Assembly (NCBI GenBank): GCA_032718475.1
Contig: JAUCBJ010007711.1
Location: forward strand, 1-64,000
DNA from: Nemertoderma westbladi
Lineage: Eukaryota > Animalia > Xenacoelomorpha
Direction of reading: 5' to 3'
DNA: 64,000 nucleotides
Position numbers and translations under genes: made by a program. The notes under the pieces are model-generated. The model made no database searches. It was not told the DNA's origin and was given only the letters and a program-made list of their open reading frames with translations. Positions 62,282-64,000 of the stretch are shown here, piece by piece (position 1 is the stretch's first letter; each line of letters starts with the position of its first letter).

Positions 62282-64000
62282 GGAAGGAAGGGTTTACTGT
62301 GGAAGATCTCCCATGGTGGTGAACAGGCATACCTTTGGGAAACAGTATGGAAGGGTTTACAGTGGACGATCATCAATGGTGGTGAACCGGCATTCCTTTG
62401 GGAAACAGTGTGGAAGGGTTTACTGTGGAAGATGACCCATGGTGGTGAACAGGCATTCCTTTAGGAAACAGAGTGGAATGGTTTACTGTGAAGATCACCC
62501 ATGGTGGTGAACAGGCATTCCTTTTGGAAACAGTGTGGAAGGGTTTACTGTGGAAGTGGAAGATCACCCATGGTGCTGAACAGGTATTCCTTTAGGAAAC
62601 AGAGTGGAAGGGTTTACTGTAGAAGATCATCCATGGTGGCGAACAGGCATTCCTTTAGGAAACAGTGTGGAAGAGTGTACTGTGGAAGATCACCCATGAT
62701 GGTGGTGAACAGGCATTCCTTTCGTGAAACAGTGTGGAAGGGTTTACCGTAGAAGGCCACCCATGGTGGTGAACAGGCATTCCTTTGGGAAACAGAAGAA
62801 TGGTTTACTGTGGAAGATCACCCATGGTGATGAACAGGCATTCCTTTGGGAATCAGTGTGGAAGGGTTTTCTGTGGAAGATCACCCATGGTGGTGAACAG
62901 GGATTCCTTTGGGAAACAGAGAGGTATGGTTTACTGTGGAAGATCACCAATGGTGGTGAATAGGCATTCATTTGGGAAACAGTATGGAAGGGTTTACAGT
63001 GGACGATCATCAATGGTGGTGAACAGGGATTCCTTTGGGAAACAGAGAGGTATGGTTTACTGTGGAAGATCACCAATGGTGGTGAATAGGCATTCATTTG
63101 GGAAACAGTATGAAAAGGTTTACAGTGGACGATCATCAATGGTGGTGAACCGGCATTCCTTTGGGAAACAGTGTGGAAGGGTTTACTGTGGAAGATGACC
63201 CATGGTGGTGAACCGGCATTCCTTTGGGAAACAGTGTGGAAGGGTTTACTGTGGAAGATCACCCATGGTGATGAACAGGCATTCCTTTGGGAATCAGTGT
63301 GGAAGGGTTTACTGTGGAAGATCACCCATGGTGGTGAACAGGGATTCCTTTGGGAAACAGAGAGGTATGGTTTACTGTGGAAGATCACCAATGGTGGTGA
63401 ATAGGCATTCATTTGGGAAACAGTATGGAAAGGTTTACAGTGGACGATCATCAATGGTGGTGAACCGGCATTCCTTTGGGAAACAGTGTGGAAGGGTTTA
63501 CTGTGGAAGATGACCCATGGTGGTGAACAGGCATTCCTTTAGGAAACAGAGTGGAATGGTTTACTGTGAAGATCACCCATGGTGGCGAACAGGCATTCCT
63601 TTGGGAAACAGTGTGGAAGGGTTTACTGTGGAAGTGGAAGATCACCCATGGTGCTGAACAGGTATTCCTTTAGGAAACAGAGTGGAAGAGTTTACTGTAG
63701 AAGATCATCCAAGGTGGCGAACAGGCATTCCTTTAGGAAACAGTGTGGAAGTGTTTACTGTGGAAGATCACCCGTGGTGGTGAACAGGCATTCCTTTAGG
63801 AAACAGAGTGAAAGGGTTTACTGTGGAAGATCACCCATGATGGTGGTGAACAGGCATTCCTTTGTGAAACAGTGTGGAAGGGTTTACTGTGGAAGACCAC
63901 CCATGGTGGTGAACAGTCATTCCTTTGGGAAACAGAGGAATGGTTTACTGTGGAAGATCACCCATGTTGATGAACAGGCATTCCTTTGGGAATCAGTGTG
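62282..64000. repeat. ~63-bp satellite, runs off the window end
   Basis: GGTGGTGAACAGGCATTCCTTTGGGAAACAGTGTGGAAGGGTTTACTGTGGAAGATCACCCAT units with higher-order duplicated blocks; source of the repetitive ORFs. Confidence 0.95.

Noticed and set aside
62171-63645. Repetitive ORFs as a real protein gene
   Set aside because: Open on both strands and several frames with frequent indels, as expected from a 63-bp satellite; no splice or start context

Overview
AT-rich, intron-containing, TE-dense animal (probably invertebrate) genomic DNA; nothing prokaryotic, and no rRNA, tRNA or CRISPR seen. Three host genes are supported. (1) An intronless 1507-aa minus-strand SAMD9-like STAND NTPase (4212-8735) whose N-terminal effector looks like a DZIP3/hRUL138-type HEPN RNase (RNEYYAH) instead of SAM+AlbA_2, with a decayed paralogous HEPN fragment just downstream. 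(2) A 5-exon plus-strand FAXDC2-like fatty acid/sterol hydroxylase (30404-52236). (3) A complete 3-exon clan-2 cytochrome P450 (49135-46102) nested antisense in FAXDC2 intron 2. Mobile DNA includes a decayed BEL/Pao gag-pol (20303-12430) followed by an orphan ~850-codon ORF in the env position that abuts the SAMD9-like gene, an Academ-type DNA transposon in FAXDC2 intron 1 with a near-intact Gypsy element (non-TG..CA LTR ends) inserted in its right TIR, a multiply interrupted RTE-like LINE, and many MITEs with clear TIR/TSD pairs. There are also arrays of CTCF-like motifs, a forkhead-motif minisatellite upstream of the P450, and a 63-bp satellite resembling a collapsed C2H2 zinc-finger unit. 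All calls come from reading the sequence by eye; no database searches were run, so family names rest on recalled motifs.
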